Assembly (NCBI GenBank): GCA_053919585.1
Contig: CM132803.1
DNA from: Euprymna scolopes
Taxonomy: Eukaryota
DNA: 64,000 bases
Direction: 5' to 3' (one strand)
Position 1 is the first letter of the stretch; every line of letters begins with the position of its first letter. Below are positions 38,082 through 52,173 of this stretch, in pieces. The notes beneath the pieces were generated by a model. That model was not told where the DNA came from, searched no databases, and was given only the letters and a program-made list of their open reading frames with translations. A program made the translations under genes and the position numbers.

Positions 38082-39004
38082 TCTTTATTTCCCCCCATTT
38101 CGGTTATTGCCAATTACTTACTGTGCACCATAAATCATAATAAGGTAAAGTAATAAATAGACGCTGAGTTGAATTTGTAACATATAAAAATAAGTGTTAC
38201 ATGGTAATACGGTGCTATGGCCTTTTAAGAGTAAGAGTTTGCCTTAAATATCGGTCGGATAATCTCACGTATTCCTTTACTGCTTCAAAGGAAAGTGAAT
38301 ATTTTAAACTACTGTGCATCAGTCATTCTGATCGCTTAAAAGAGTTAAAGAGACAAGCTTGAATAAAACATTTCATTAGAATATAACAGAGCGGATATGA
38401 GCGCGTGGGAAAATATCAGCAGGAGCTGTAAAGTAGCTTGCTTGGGAAGCTATTAGCTGTGGTAACTGAACAAAAACCAACGCATATGCAAATAAGAAAG
38501 TGGGCGCGATCTTGCGCGACAAGAAAAAGAAAAATAGACACCACGTGGAAACAAAATCTGCGCGGGAGAAGATGAACGTGTAAAGTTGAAGGGCGATCTA
38601 TTTAAGGATAGGGTAAGATTGGGGAAGATAACGAAAAACGCAAGTCATGAGAGGTAAACATATGGTCCCGCAGTTGCAGCAAAATAGTCTTATGCCGCTG
38701 TCGAGACGGCAGAGGTTGGTTAACCTCATTGCAGACGTAATGAACAGTTACAAAAAAATCAGGCATTGTTTGGAAAGTAATGGTGATAAATGCCTCTTGC
38801 ACTAAAAAATAAAGCCAAGTTGTATTTATTTATTTTTTGTTTGCTCTTTTTCGACAGTGTCGGACAGTATGAATGTTTGGGGGAAGGTTTTAACTGTAAC
38901 GAATACGGTTTGAGCGTAAAGCCACATTACAATATATATTGAAAATTCTGCCATTAATATAAACAATATTATTTTACTTTTCTCATCCTTCGAGTATAAA
39001 TTTG

Positions 39005-39848
39005 AATATTGTTTGATAATTCCATTATGACTTTTTATGCATTCAATATAAACACATTAAATTTGCATAGGCAAAGAAATAAAACATGCAAATATTTGCT
39101 TGCATCAATTTCAATTTTCTTCCTTTCGTTATTGAATGCGAAACAGTTCTTATCGAATTTTGAATTTACATTCTAAATGATGTACTTTCAAATAACTTTT
39201 CGAAATGATACATTTATTTTATATAAAAGTTTAAAGAGCATTTTTTGTCTTTCTCATCTTTTCAAGGCATTGAATACAACATGGAAAAATGGAAAATGTG
39301 CGTTTTGCCCAGGGGCCTTTACTGAATGCACAAACCAGTAGCGATCTAAGAAAATTCGTTACAGTTTTGAATGCAGGCAAAACAATTACGGTGGGAAAGT
39401 ACTGTTAACAAATGGATGGAATTCATCGTAAACTTTGATAAGAACACCTAGCATTAGTCAACCGAAAAGGCCATATTACCTTCCACGAAAATGTCCAACC
39501 GCACATTGCCAAACCGACCCGTCAGAAGTTAAACGAATTCGGCTACGAAACTTTGCCTCATCTGCCAAACTCTCTAGACTTTTCACCTAACGACTACTAT
39601 TTTTCAAGCATTTCGACAACTTTCTGCGTGAGAAATGCTTAAAAAAGCTAAACGATATCAAAAATGCCTTCAGTGACACCATTGTCACCAGAGGGCAAGA
39701 TGTTTACGTTACTGGTATGAATACACTTGTTTTGCATGTGAAAAGGTGTGGTAATACTGATGGTGCTTATCTCGATAAAAAATATTGTTTAAACTATATA
39801 TATTTATTATTTCAAAGAAAAAACGCAAGAATTTGTTGTCAACATAGC
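39005..39848 (+). mobile_element. Internally deleted mariner related to 7291-8432
   Basis: LNAGKTITVGKYC.QMDGIHRKL, VNRKG..TFHENVQPHIAK, YETLPHLPNSLDFSPNDY (YSPDLSPTDY), CGNTDGAYLD; right TIR CGCAAGAATTTGTTGTCAACATA; left end uncertain. Confidence 0.85.
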
Positions 39849-41321
39849 ATGCTTTATACTAAAACGTGTTAATCTTCCAATTCATGTCATCTTTCTTTTC
39901 AAAACGCTTACTATGTTTCTCTTTAGGATTATTCACATATCAGCTCCTTTCAACATGTTGGATGTGTCTCGTTTATTACCTTATTGCTACCCCCATCTTT
40001 TTAACCTAATCAAATAACCCGTTTTTTCCGTCTTACATTCTCTAACTATATCAATTATATTCTCCTTTATTTCTTGCTTTGGTTTGTTTAATTTTTTTTT
40101 TACTTTTGTTGGCTACTTTAAGACAGGTACATGTTTTAGTTTATGTGTCTGGGGTACGGAGTAATATATTAATTAATAGTAAATGTGATCTATTATCATA
40201 TAAACTTTGCGGAAAGCAGTAGTATCTGCTGACTGCGGCGTACCAATGATAACTTATAACCTTAATATTAAACTAGTGTTCTGATTTCTTTGAAAGAAAT
40301 TATACTTCTGTCTTTTAATCACTCCAGGCAAAACACGAAACAACATGATTTTAGAACTGACAAGAATTAGAATGTGGCAGGTTTTCTAGCAAATACTATA
40401 AAGAGATTGAAATTAATCGGCAGAAAGAATGTTCAACAAGTTTGACGTTTATGAAACGAAGCAGCTAAAATATGAAAACTATAAAAATTGTAAACTGATG
40501 AAGATTACAAAATCAAAAAGTCAAACAACGTAGTATAAACGACGAAGAAAGTTGATGAGGCATAACATTATAAGCTTCTTGGTTATACATCGTTATCTCA
40601 TGATGATGATATTTTCTCCTCAGTCTGCTGACGTTTCAATGGTCCAATCTAGGACGCACAGACGCAATCACAGATCGGATATGAGAAGGCGGTTCTAGGT
40701 TGAGCATGCCACTTGCGGACACTTCGCTAAATGGTCCTGTTTTAGCTGCTAGTCATTACAGTCCACACCCTGTGAGCAGAACGAGCGCCAAGAAATCTAA
40801 GATGGAGGCAAGTTCAGCGATCTCTTAATGACGTCTCTGAAACACTACCTAGTCCACCGACACTGCATCGACGTTTCAGTAAGTTACTTTTCAGGATTCT
40901 ACGCGGTAGATGTGCCTCAGCCACTTACGTGGCTTTGATCTGGATAGACTCCACGCTGCAACTGATTTCCTACACTTCTGTGCACGGTACTTTGTCCCTC
41001 CATGTGACACCAAAAAAAAGAGTACATCTAATATGAAAGGTCTCATGACTTCTCACATGGCGGATATAGATCGTCAAAGACTTACATAAATAATGCGGTG
41101 TGGTAATGCATACTGCTCTGTATACTAGCATTTTCGCGTGGACTTGGAGGTTTCCGTAATGAAAACCCCTTCGCCTTATTCACTCAATAGATGCTGATGT
41201 GAACATGAAGCGGTTTTCATACCATCAGCAGGTGCCATATATTATGATGTTCATATGTGGGTACCGTGAGCAAGCGTTACTTTTCTGTTATCATAATATT
41301 TATAGAAAATACTGAAACAAT

Positions 41322-43135
41322 TTTTTTTTAATTACATTTTCACCCTAAACAAGACACATTGCAACTTTGATGTAGGGGGCTACTATTAGGGACACAATCT
41401 AGAGGGGTACTAGGTGGGGAGTTGGGCAGCAAGATGTCGGTTCATGTTACACTTGAACTTCTGCATGTCAGTAATGTTGGAGAAGTAGGGACCCGGAATG
41501 GAATTCCAAAGTCTAGCGGTTCTTGGGAAGAGACTACTGGAGTAGAACCCTCTCTTACATCTAGGGATCTCTACTGTGAACGGGTGGGATTTTTTCTGCT
41601 TGTCGGGTTTGTCGGGGGTATTTACGTCGAGGGGGTACACGTGCTTGCAGTTTGTCGGAACATTTACCGTTAAAGTACTTGTAGAACCGGTAGAGGGATG
41701 CTACATTTCGCCTATGTGACAGAGGCTGAAGATTGGATGACAGTTCACGACCTATTCGGTTGGCGATTCTCTTTTGAACTTTGTATAGGAGCGAGAGACT
41801 AGTAGCTAATGCACCGGCCCAAATATAATAACAATACTCCAAACATGGGTGAACGGTTGTCTTATAGAGGTGCAGGATACTTTGGGGCGTTAGTAGCTTT
41901 CTAGCACGGTAGATAGAACCTACCTTTTCCGCAGCGATCCTGGCAAGGCTCTCAGGGTAATTGTTCCAACTCATGATTCCTGTGAACGTTAGGCCGAGGA
42001 GTTTAAAATATGTGCTTTCAGATAAAGAGTCTCTGGCCATTGCCATTGGTGGTAGAGAAGATTTCTTGTAATTATTGAAGGAAACAAGTTTAGCCTTGGC
42101 AGCATTGAATGTGACCATCCATTTTTGTCCCCATTCCACTACAGGTTGGAAGTCATCCTCTAGTGTTTCTGCCATTTCTTTAGATATGTGTTCATTTGTT
42201 TTCCTGCCGTGTCGGTTATAGAGCGTGCTGTCATCAGCATGTATACCCATCTCACAGACAATTTTGTCAGGGAGGCCATTTATGAATATTTGGAATAATA
42301 GAGGTCAAAGTATTGACCTCTGAGGCACTCTCGCATTTATATCATATTGTTTAGATATGCTACCATCGAGGACAACCTGGATGTTCCCTTGTCTAAGAAG
42401 GATTTAATTATGTTAAGTATTCTTCCAGTGATACCGTATGATCTGATTTTCCTGAGAAAACCTGCATACCATACCCTGTCAAAAGCCTTAGATATATCTA
42501 GAGCTACCGCTCTTACCTTCTCTGCTTTGTCAAATGAATGGTATATACGCTCGTAGATTACAGTTAGGATGTCTACTGTCGAACGGGCTCGCCTAAGTCC
42601 ATATTATTGGTCGGTCAAAAGATTAGCATCTGTAGGGTGATAGACTAGAGCTTGGTTAATTATAGACTCAAATATTTTGTGCAAAAAGTGGGAGGAGGCA
42701 AATGGGGCAGTAATTTACTGGGTCAGTACTTTCGTCAGAATTCTATAAAACTGGTACCACAGAAGCAGTTTTTCAGAAGGCAGGAAAGCAAGACTCATTA
42801 AGGTATTTGTTGTAAAGTTTGGAGAGAAATGGAGCTACTTCGGTTAACCACTTTTTAATAGCACAACTAGGATGAGATCAGGTCCACATGCTTTGAAGTG
42901 TCCAGATATTTTTATGATAACATGCACCTGAGAATGGATAATTTTACGATCGTCTAGTGTGGAGTCTATCCGCAAAGGAAAGTCCAGGAAAGGGTGGTTA
43001 GCAGGGTCCAGTGTGGAGTTGGAGTCAAACCGACTGGCAAGCATGTTAGCCTTCTCAATTGCTTAGTAAACAACATCATGATTGTTGGGTAGTGGGGGAA
43101 TTGTTGATTGTCCCTTATTTACTCCACTGTCAAGG
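41322..43135 (-). mobile_element. Longest LINE family A copy (RT + C-terminus, 5'-truncated, decayed)
   Basis: KACGPDLI, ALDISKAFDRVW, HADDSTLY, VTFNAAKAK, CLEYCYYIWAGA, FPRTARLWNSIP; family A 3' UTR. Confidence 0.93.
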
Positions 43136-43229
43136 GTTCCTAATTCCTGTGCGGCGATGAGTTTTGAGTAAATTCTCTCTTATTTCTTTCTTACAGTTTG
43201 CTTCTATATACTTCTGTATATTTATACTG

Positions 43230-43690
43230 GATTTATGTTGGTTAAATCTGTCGTACGCGTGCTGCCTTTTCGCCCAAGTGCCCAGTTTAGAGGGGGATGG
43301 GATGTGTCGGCAGAGGGGGGAACGGTGTGCATTGCCCTAGTCAGGAAACAAGATCGACCACTGAGTGTTTCTGTCGAATGTCCGAGCTTCGACCTCTACG
43401 CCTGGCTAATAGGCATAGAAGGAGTATGGATGCCGGGCGATAGACAGTGCCTATCTACTCCTTAAGCAGTTTAGGTTTGCAGACCGGTAATTTGTTTGAG
43501 TCACCAGCTCTAGGAAGGATGTCATCCAAGACTGGAGGGGTCTCCCTCCCCTTAGGTTTAGCTTCAGAGTTTTCCTTCTCCATGCCGGATAACCTTGGGA
43601 GATGTACAGATCCGCCAGCACCGAGAGGATTTGCCTAACGCCTGGGTCCTAATCCAGGTATTTCTGCGATACCGCCTGGGTAGTTAATGT
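43230..43690 (-). mobile_element. GC-rich segment with an RTE-like 5' UTR motif
   Basis: Minus strand has GGAGAAGGAAAACTCTGAAGCTAAACC, resembling from recall the motif in RTE/BovB-clade 5' UTRs; no coding region follows. Confidence 0.35.
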
Positions 43691-44635
43691 TACTGGATTA
43701 GTATGTAAATGTTACATTTCTACTGAAAAATTACACTCCTCAAAGTGATTAAGGGGCATTGCTATTACATTCTTACTGGAGGAGGAGGTGAGTAAAAGTT
43801 CATGCAGTGGAAGCAGCTATATTTGCAACAGGTTAGTTGGAAGGAGTAAACATATGGTTTAATAATTTTTCTTTAAATTTAGAATTTTTTTTCTTATTTA
43901 TATGTTGGCGTAGGAATAGGATAACGCATTGCAGAATGGCTTGATATTAAGATTTAGTTAAAAATGTGGTTGCCCATGCCCTGGGTATTTTAGATGGCAT
44001 GAAGATTAAGTACTGTATCTATGCTGTCAAATACAAGTAACGCCATTTTTGTATGAAGTACAATACAGAACAGGTATAAATTGGAAGTAAACTTATAAGC
44101 TATGGCGTGTTCAGTGTGTACAACAAAGTAAATAGCTATATGGGCAGATCTCCAGCAGATGCGAATATATGGAGGTTGTAAGTTTTAACTAGGTTTCCAC
44201 TTCTAATGAAGATATCTTCAGCTTTCGTTTAAAAATCATGAAGTTGTATTTTGCATCATAGATTTCAGTTCAGTTTTTGTATTTATCATCGCAAAACTAA
44301 GGAAGAGACAGCTATTGCTATGTAATGTAGATAGCTGTAAATATAAGTATATACCATAGCTAGTAAGTATCTACCTTGGTAAGAATACAATAATGCATGC
44401 CATGGCGGGAGAAATGTGTAGATGTTTAGTGATAGTGACCTCCAATCGGTCAGCGTGCGAAGATTAAGGGCTGAAAGCTAAGGACCCCCCTCCACGGCCT
44501 GTGTAATGTATGGGTGTTAGTAGCAGCTTGGGGACTAGAGTAGACAATTTTTAGGAGAGGATTGACTTACAGAATACAATTGAATTCATTTTTAGAATTT
44601 ATAGTCAAGTAAAGTTTAGTTAAAGAAATAAATAG

Positions 44636-45063
44636 CGAGTTTGTCTCTGCTTTATCGTTATTTTCATGGAAAGTGTTCGACTGAGCTTCAATCTATGGTC
44701 CCCCTCGCCAAACTTTCACAAGAAACACTCGTCTAGCTGAAAACACTATGAAGAATTTTCCCCACTCTTTATCTGTGCCTAAACCTAAACATAGATTCCA
44801 TGATCAAAGCTTCTTTCTTAGAAATGCACGCCTGTGGAATTTTCTTACATTTTCCAGTTTTCCAGCTGTCTATAATATGGTTGTCTTCAAGTCCATCGTG
44901 AACAAGTTTCTGATGAGCCGTTCCACTTAACTTAACAAATTTACCGAACTTCCATTACTATCGATTACTATATTGTCCTTTTGACTGCTCTACACTCTTC
45001 AACCCTTATCCTTGAGTGACATATCGGCCTTGATAAGTAATGACGCCTATGTAAAAAAAAAAA
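44636..45063 (+). mobile_element. 5'-truncated LINE family B
   Basis: ASLSLLYRYFHGKCSTELQS..FPHSLSVPKPK..FFLRNARLWN; 3' end AACCCTTATCC...GTAAAAAAAA shared with 10773 and 63410. Confidence 0.9.
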
Positions 45064-47434
45064 CAAAACCCTTCTATATTCTTCTTATAAACAGCAACAA
45101 GCGTAGATGCGTTGCCGCTGCTGGAATAAAGTACTGAACCCACGCGAACAGCAAATGATTACGACTTGTTTTCTGAAAGTTCGCAATGGTTCCCATTTAC
45201 TTCCTTTATTTCTTTGTCGTTGTTCCCATTGTTTAATCTGGTTTTATTTATAGCAGAAAAACATATTGCGCTAAATGCTTTATTTACTTCAATTACACGT
45301 AGAAAAGCATCTATTTGTGGATTGAAAACTCAAAGTGAAAAACGGTTCTACAAACGAACTGTGTCCTCAAGGTATCATTAATATTGTTCCGAATAAAAGA
45401 CACAATAAAAAGAAGGTTTGCGTTCTTTATATAGACGTGTTGGTGACTTCGGTGATTTTATTCTCAGCATATCCCGACGAATCAACGTTATAATTAAGGG
45501 AAAAAGTGAAAATAAAAAATAATAAACTAGTGAAAACACTTTTAAATTGTTGATAATTTGCAAATTAAAAGTGTATTTCTGACTATCAAGAAAGTGCTAA
45601 GTTCGAGTAAATAAACGTTAGGTAAAAGTGCATACGACTTTAGTTGCAAAATCTTCTTAGTGTGTCATGCAAGTTAAAATATTACGTAATGATCCTTATA
45701 TTATTTGAAATAAGCTTATGAGTTAAAAACTCTTAATGTGTTTTATTATGTCATGTTTATATAATGTCCTGTGTTATGTAATTTCGAATATAATTTATTC
45801 ATCTTAATATTATTTTTAGTAAAGCTTTGGATTGAACATGCCGTTTATAAATAATGTGGCAGGTGACTTGTGATTTTATCTAAAGATTTAGAAGTTACTG
45901 AATCATGACCTATTTCGTTTGACAGGAAATTTTCAAATTTCTTTAATCATGATAATTTCGAATATAATTTATTCATCTTTATACTATTTTAAAGAAAAGC
46001 AAGAATAGTTTGGTTTTATAACGGCGTATGAAAAAATAACGCTGAGACTGGCGGCCGAGGCCGAAATGACATAGTCTAGCCTTTTCTGGCGATTAATGCT
46101 GGTTTGGGTCGATAACTTATAGGTTCTCTTTGAATCTAAAAAAAAAAATAGCAATTAAGGGAATGGGTTCATCAGTATGAATTAATAAAATTCGAAAAAT
46201 TGCCCATTAGAAAAATAATGAAACGTAAAAACATTAGTTTTAGAAATCAGTTCACTATATATTGACGATTAAGAGTGTTTTATATAACTGATAGCAGTCA
46301 CAGCTGTTTCTGTTTTTGTCCAAGTCTTCCTCCTCTTTCCAAATCTTTTACAAATAGCATTGAATTAAATCTCATTTTTATGTGGTCGTTTTAATGCGTA
46401 AAACCAACAAAATTGCGACTCGTTTCACGTCACTTCTTTGAGTATTATCATTTTAAGAACGGCTTTCGAAATAGACACCATCAACACTCTCATCTTTAGA
46501 ATAGCGTTTGGAATAGACACTTCAGGCATTTTTCTGTAAAGTACCTCTTTTGGAGTAAACAACGCGTATTTGCGGGGGGGGGGGGGTATTTCCTAAAATT
46601 TAACTGTGATAATCGTTGTCAGCATACCCAACCGCAAATGCTGAAAGATTTGGGGGTGGCATGTCGGTAGGAGAGAAGTAAGTTTGTTTATCGTGCATAC
46701 GTACACACCTGGCAACCAGTTAATTACAGTGCATTTTGCAGGTTTTTTTTATATTTTCATAAGTACTGTTCTTCACAAAATTTTAATGAATTGTTCTTAA
46801 TCAGCTTAGTCGAAAACCTATAGACATCATCATTTTAAGGAAAATTGTGGAGGTAAAACTAAGGTACACATTTATCCCCCCCCCCAAAAAAGCAGTTAAC
46901 GAGTGGGCAATCTTTAGAATTTTTCTGGAAATTAAAATGTAATAAAATAATCAACAGAATTAAAAAATTTGTAAAAAAAATACGTGTTTCCGTGTATCGT
47001 AATTATCGGCGTAAATAATCTAATCGTCAACCGGAATAGCATGTATAAAAATGAATAAATAAAACAGCAAAGGAAAATATGTTTTTTTTTTCGGATAAGC
47101 AATANNNNNNNNNNNNNNNNNNNNNNNNNNNNNNNNNNNNNNNNNNNNNNNNNNNNNNNNNNNNNNNNNNNNNNNNNNNNNNNNNNNNNNNNNNNNNNNN
47201 NNNNNNNNNNNNNNNNNNNNNNNNNNNNNNNNNNNNNNNNNNNNNNNNNNNNNNNNNNNNNNNNNNNNNNNNNNNNNNNNNNNNNNNNNNNNNNNNNNNN
47301 NNNNNNNNNNNNNNNNNNNNNNNNNNNNNNNNNNNNNNNNNNNNNNNNNNNNNNNNNNNNNNNNNNNNNNNNNNNNNNNNNNNNNNNNNNNNNNNNNNNN
47401 NNNNNNNNNNNNNNNNNNNNNNNNNNNNNNNNNN

Positions 47435-47542
47435 ATGTTATTTATGTCATATATGTTATATATGTTATATATGTCATATATGTTATATGTCATATATATC
47501 ATATTTGTTATATATGTTATATATGGTATATATGCCATGTAT
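47435..47542. repeat. 9-bp (ATATATGTY)n satellite between N gaps
   Basis: ATATATGTT/ATATATGTC repeated. Confidence 0.8.
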
Positions 47543-49507
47543 NNNNNNNNNNNNNNNNNNNNNNNNNNNNNNNNNNNNNNNNNNNNNNNNNNNNNNNNNN
47601 NNNNNNNNNNNNNNNNNNNNNNNNNNNNNNNNNNNNNNNNNNNNNNNNNNNNNNNNNNNNNNNNNNNNNNNNNNNNNNNNNNNNNNNNNNNNNNNNNNNN
47701 NNNNNNNNNNNNNNNNNNNNNNNNNNNNGGAACATTTGTTTTTTGCTTTTAGTTTATCCATGGGTATTTCTTAATATCAGTTTCTCAGGTTCAATTAATC
47801 TGTAAATCAATTGTAATAAAATGGTTTATCATATTTTTAATGGTACAAAATATCAAAGAAAAATTATCCGTGAGAAGCAACAGCTTTTATAGAAGATTAC
47901 ATATTTCTGACTTCAGTGCTTGAAATTTATCAAAATAAATGAACATGTTTAAAGAAAGCAAATATTTTGATTTATTTGTGAAAATAATATATATATATAT
48001 ATCACAATGCTTAATTCTTGCTGGCTGTCTGGCGTTTCCCTGTCGAAGAATACGCATAGATATCAGACATGTGCAAGCAATTTTATGTTTTTTTTTCTTC
48101 TACACAGATTATTTTTTGAAAAAAGAAAATGCTTGGGTTGAGATCGAAACCAAAATCTAGATACAGTTATTCAGATACAATAACCATTAGACGAGCGTGA
48201 CAGGATCTTTAGAAAGTGTTTTCAAAACATACTTAATTTTAACATAACTACTTTGTAATGTTTACTATACCCGTATTCGAGTTCGCGTTCGTTAAACAAC
48301 GAACAGATAAAGTCCGATTATTCCCAACACCAATTTTTCATTTCTGACACCTGAGCAGCTTTTATTTCATAATAAAAACGTAATCAAAGGTTTTCCACGT
48401 GCCCACTGTATTCTGAATACAGAATGCCAAGTGAGTACAGTAAGCATTCGTGTAGTATATAGGTTGAGAAGTGTTCTAACACGCAGTCTCACTATTATAG
48501 ATATATAGATTGCACATGCCTTTTTATAATTCGTACGTACGTGAAAAGCGGAATAAAAAATTCGTATTTCGTAACACATTTCGCAAATTAGTCAACATTC
48601 GTTTGAGAACAACTGGTGTATTATTGTTGTTATATTGGTTTGCTTGTACAATGTAACCAAGTCTGGAGGTGATTTTAATCGCTATAGTGGTCCACTTCGT
48701 TTACCCTGATCGAACATCTAGTCGTAGTAATAATTTGTATTCAAACACCCTTTACCATCGATACCTCAATTCCTTGTTGCTATTTTCTTATTCTTCTTTC
48801 CTTTCTACATTTACAATAAAAAGCCACGTAAACCATATCAGTTCGGAATTTTCCTAAACTCAATTCGATGTTTAAAATCTCTTGAGGTTTACTTTTACAG
48901 TATATGTGTACACCCATGATCCATTTCCCCTAAAACAAACATCTTCCGTCTTTGTTAGAAGAATTGCTCATGGAATATAATTACTAGAAAACAAACAAAA
49001 TAAAGGAAACCCAAAATATCCATTCTTTATTTTCTTTGAAGTATAGCGTTTTGTCAAGTAAAAAAAAAAAACATTGGTTATTGAACTAGAAATAAATATA
49101 ATGGTTATATTTTTATTACTTCTTCAAGTTTTATTCCTTATTTATTGATTCTTTTACTGGAAAAAAAACGATCTGGTTTCTAATGGATCTGTGTTCTATT
49201 TGGTTTCTATTCTGCTTATTATTTTATGCGTTTTAAACAAATCACTCGCATTTTTCAAAAAGAAAAAAACACTAAGACTCAATTTATCGCCTCGCTGATT
49301 AAATAAATAAAGAGTAGGGGTGAAAGAGAGAGAGAGAGAGAGAGAGAGAAAGAAATATAGATAAAGAGAGAGAGAGAGATCGGACGCAAGAAAGAGAGAG
49401 CGAGAGCTGTGCTTAGTTGTTTCGTCTGATTATTGCGACGCCAAGTATTGGCATGGCTCGACTATTAATTTAAAAAAAAACAATCCACCGTAAGAAATAT
49501 AGTTGAA

Positions 49508-49547
49508 TTCCACCTAAGTTTGGATTTAAATCCAAACTTGGGTGGAA
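49508..49547. repeat. 40-bp loopless palindrome
   Basis: TTCCACCTAAGTTTGGATTT|AAATCCAAACTTGGGTGGAA, one T/G mismatch. Confidence 0.9.
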
Positions 49548-49971
49548 AATAAGCATTCAACTATATTTCTTAAAATATATATTAATAATTTCAAACCTTT
49601 GAACAAAATACGTAAAACGAAATTTTGTATTTGCACTACTAGAAATCCAGCTAAATGTTACTGGGAATATATGAGGGGCGTTACTAGTCCTCGCGCGAAA
49701 GAGAAGGACACAAAATGTTTTAAATAATAATAAACAATAACAAACACTTTCCCTGGCGATGACTACTATTGAGGGTAACCAGTTATACATTCCTTTGGAA
49801 ATGTTCATCTCTATTTTTCTCGTTATGTACTGAATATTTGCTAATGAAACCTATATGAAATCTGTCCCTTATTAAATTTTAAAGATTTTCTATTCTGAAA
49901 GAAGTTTTCAAAAATGTAATCTAAAAATTTTATTTTACAATTTGTGTTAAAAAAATTCAGATTTTCTCATT

Positions 49972-50130
49972 ATACAGACCTGCATTACAAAGAGGGCGTT
50001 GCAAAAATGAGCTGTGGTGTGAGGAGAAATACAAACTGAAACAGTGAGAATATTCAGACCTGTAATAATACAAGGAGGGGTTTGTAAAAATGAGCTATGG
50101 TGTTAGGAGAAATACAAACTGAAATAGAGA
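49972..50130. repeat. ~80-bp tandem duplication
   Basis: CAGACCTG...AAAAATGAGCT.TGGTGT.AGGAGAAATACAAACTGAAA twice. Confidence 0.8.
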
Positions 50131-50779
50131 AGGGGAGTTTTAGAATATAATCTTAAAAAAGATAAGATGCAAGTTAGAAAAGCATTTCATCCTAGGTATG
50201 AAAATTGTTAAACAAAATGTTTTTACTATAGGCTTTAAAAATAAAGTTACAAGATTCAATTTGAAATTAATTTATCTTCAAAGTTCACTTTTATAAATTT
50301 TGCAAAGTAGGGTATAAAAATGTAATTTAAATTGAATCTATAATTACCTTGGATTTATTTTTTGTAATGTACATTTTGTTGCAATTTAAACACATTATCT
50401 TTCATCTAGCAATTAATGATATAGATATAAATGTTTTAATGTTTTTTTAAAAGTGCAACAGAATGTACGTTACATATCATAAATCCAAGGAAATGTTTTG
50501 ATTCAATTTTATTTAAATTGTTATACCTTAATCAGCTTTCGTTTTTGTTAGCTCCATATATTTATTGGCGTTGTTTCTGGTGATTTTTATGAGAAATATG
50601 GTGATTACCACGACCAGATGTCGAGGTCGGTTAATATATTTCTATTAATTTAATATGATTATAATTGTAATTGGCTGCTCAGTTCGTAGATATTCTTCAG
50701 CAAACCATATTACAAGTTTAGCAGACATGAGATACAATACGTTCGGAAATATAATTATATTAGTGTAAGCTGTCTTACG

Positions 50780-50850
<71 letters not shown>

Positions 50851-50851
<1 letters not shown>

Positions 50852-51707
50852 TAGTATTTCAGCCCGGCGTTTCCCAGGTGTTTCGATGTGTTGAGGAAAA
50901 AGAAAAAAAAATGCTAGTAAAAATACGGGCTCGAACTCCTACCGCGAAGGACGAAAAAAACGGGGGGAAAACGTGACGCCTTTGTCGTTACGACAACTGC
51001 GGAAGTGACGTAGATTTTAATTAAGGTTAGACAATAGAAAGGAGAAAATGACTTTAAAAAATATCGGCGAAAAAACGACCCCTCTGTAGAAAAGTGGCCA
51101 GTTTAAAGTGAAGATATTAATGTTTTCAGCCAATTTTTCGATATGTGTCGTCTGAGGAGTCGAACTTTAAAAGGAACTGACCTTGAAAAGATCCGTCGCC
51201 TCTGTCGAAAGTATTAGGCACACATGCAAACATACATACATACATTTATATATTGCTAACTAAAATTGTTCGACCAAAACCGATTAAAGAGTGTGCCCTA
51301 TCTCTGAATATCCTTTATATAAAATTTCAAATATTTAGACAAGGAAGAGTCTGAGTAATTTGGTAGAAACCGCAAAGGTTATTTTTTTAAATTTGGTCCC
51401 TATTATTACCCCTAAACATTGATTGTTTTCGGATTAAATCAAGTTATTAAGTTAGATCCATGTCCAAGGAACCTATATCTAAAATTTCAAGAGTTTAGAC
51501 CCAAAATTGTCGGAGGAGTTTGGTAGAGTTATCAAAGGTCAACTCGTTGCACTTTCAGTCCTTAATAGCCAAATTTCTGACCGAAAACGGATCAAAGAGA
51601 TTTTCCCAAATTTCAGTACCCTCTATATCAAATTTCGAGTTATTGCGTAGGGAAATATACACAGACACACAGACAGACACACACACAGACACGGTCTCTT
51701 TTATAGA
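50851..51707 (-). mobile_element. Non-autonomous Helitron family H2 copy a
   Basis: Minus 5' TCTATAAAAGAGACCGTGTCTGTG; 3' hairpin CCTGGG...GCCGGG then CTAG into (TA)n. Confidence 0.75.
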
Positions 51708-51711
51708 TATA

Positions 51712-52111
51712 CTAGCATGGGTGCCCGGCTTTGCCCTGGTATTCGGAGGTGTATGTCGAGCAAAAGAAAAAAGTCAATTTTTTAAAACTTAGACCCCTGT
51801 TATGACCTCTGAAAATTTATTGTTTTAGGCTCAAATAAAATTATTAAGTTAGATCTATGTCCAAGGAACCTATATCTAGAATCTCAAGTGTTTAGACAAA
51901 TAAATTGTCGAAGGAGTTTGGTAGAGTTCTTAAAGGTAAAATCGTTGAACTTTGACGCCTTAATCACCAAATTTCTGGCAGAAAACTACTCAAATCAGTT
52001 TTTCCAAATCTCAGTACCCTGTTTATCAAATTTTGAGTCTGTAGGCATAACATTGATAGAGTTATTGCATAGGGAAATGTGCACAGATAGACAGATGCAC
52101 TGATACGTTCA

Positions 52112-52116
<5 letters not shown>
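51712..52116 (-). mobile_element. Non-autonomous Helitron family H2 copy b, head-to-tail with copy a
   Basis: CTAGCATGGGTGCCCGGCTTTGCCCTGG terminus; 51780-52090 homologous to 51385-51670. Confidence 0.75.

Positions 52117-52173
<57 letters not shown>

Noticed and set aside
43580-43680. HDV-like ribozyme near the RTE-like 5' UTR motif
   Set aside because: A TCCTCTCG loop-like motif is present but I could not build P1/P2 or the catalytic C junction
44183-44225. Minus-strand CTGAAGA...GAAAC hammerhead-like motif
   Set aside because: No stem I pairing and an irregular stem II
46040-46082. Hammerhead-like GGCC-GA-GGCC-GAAA...GTC
   Set aside because: No CUGANGA directly before stem II
47020-47774. 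Long ORFs containing X (also at 15943, 18604, 53289, 57074, 60119)
   Set aside because: Artefacts of N gaps
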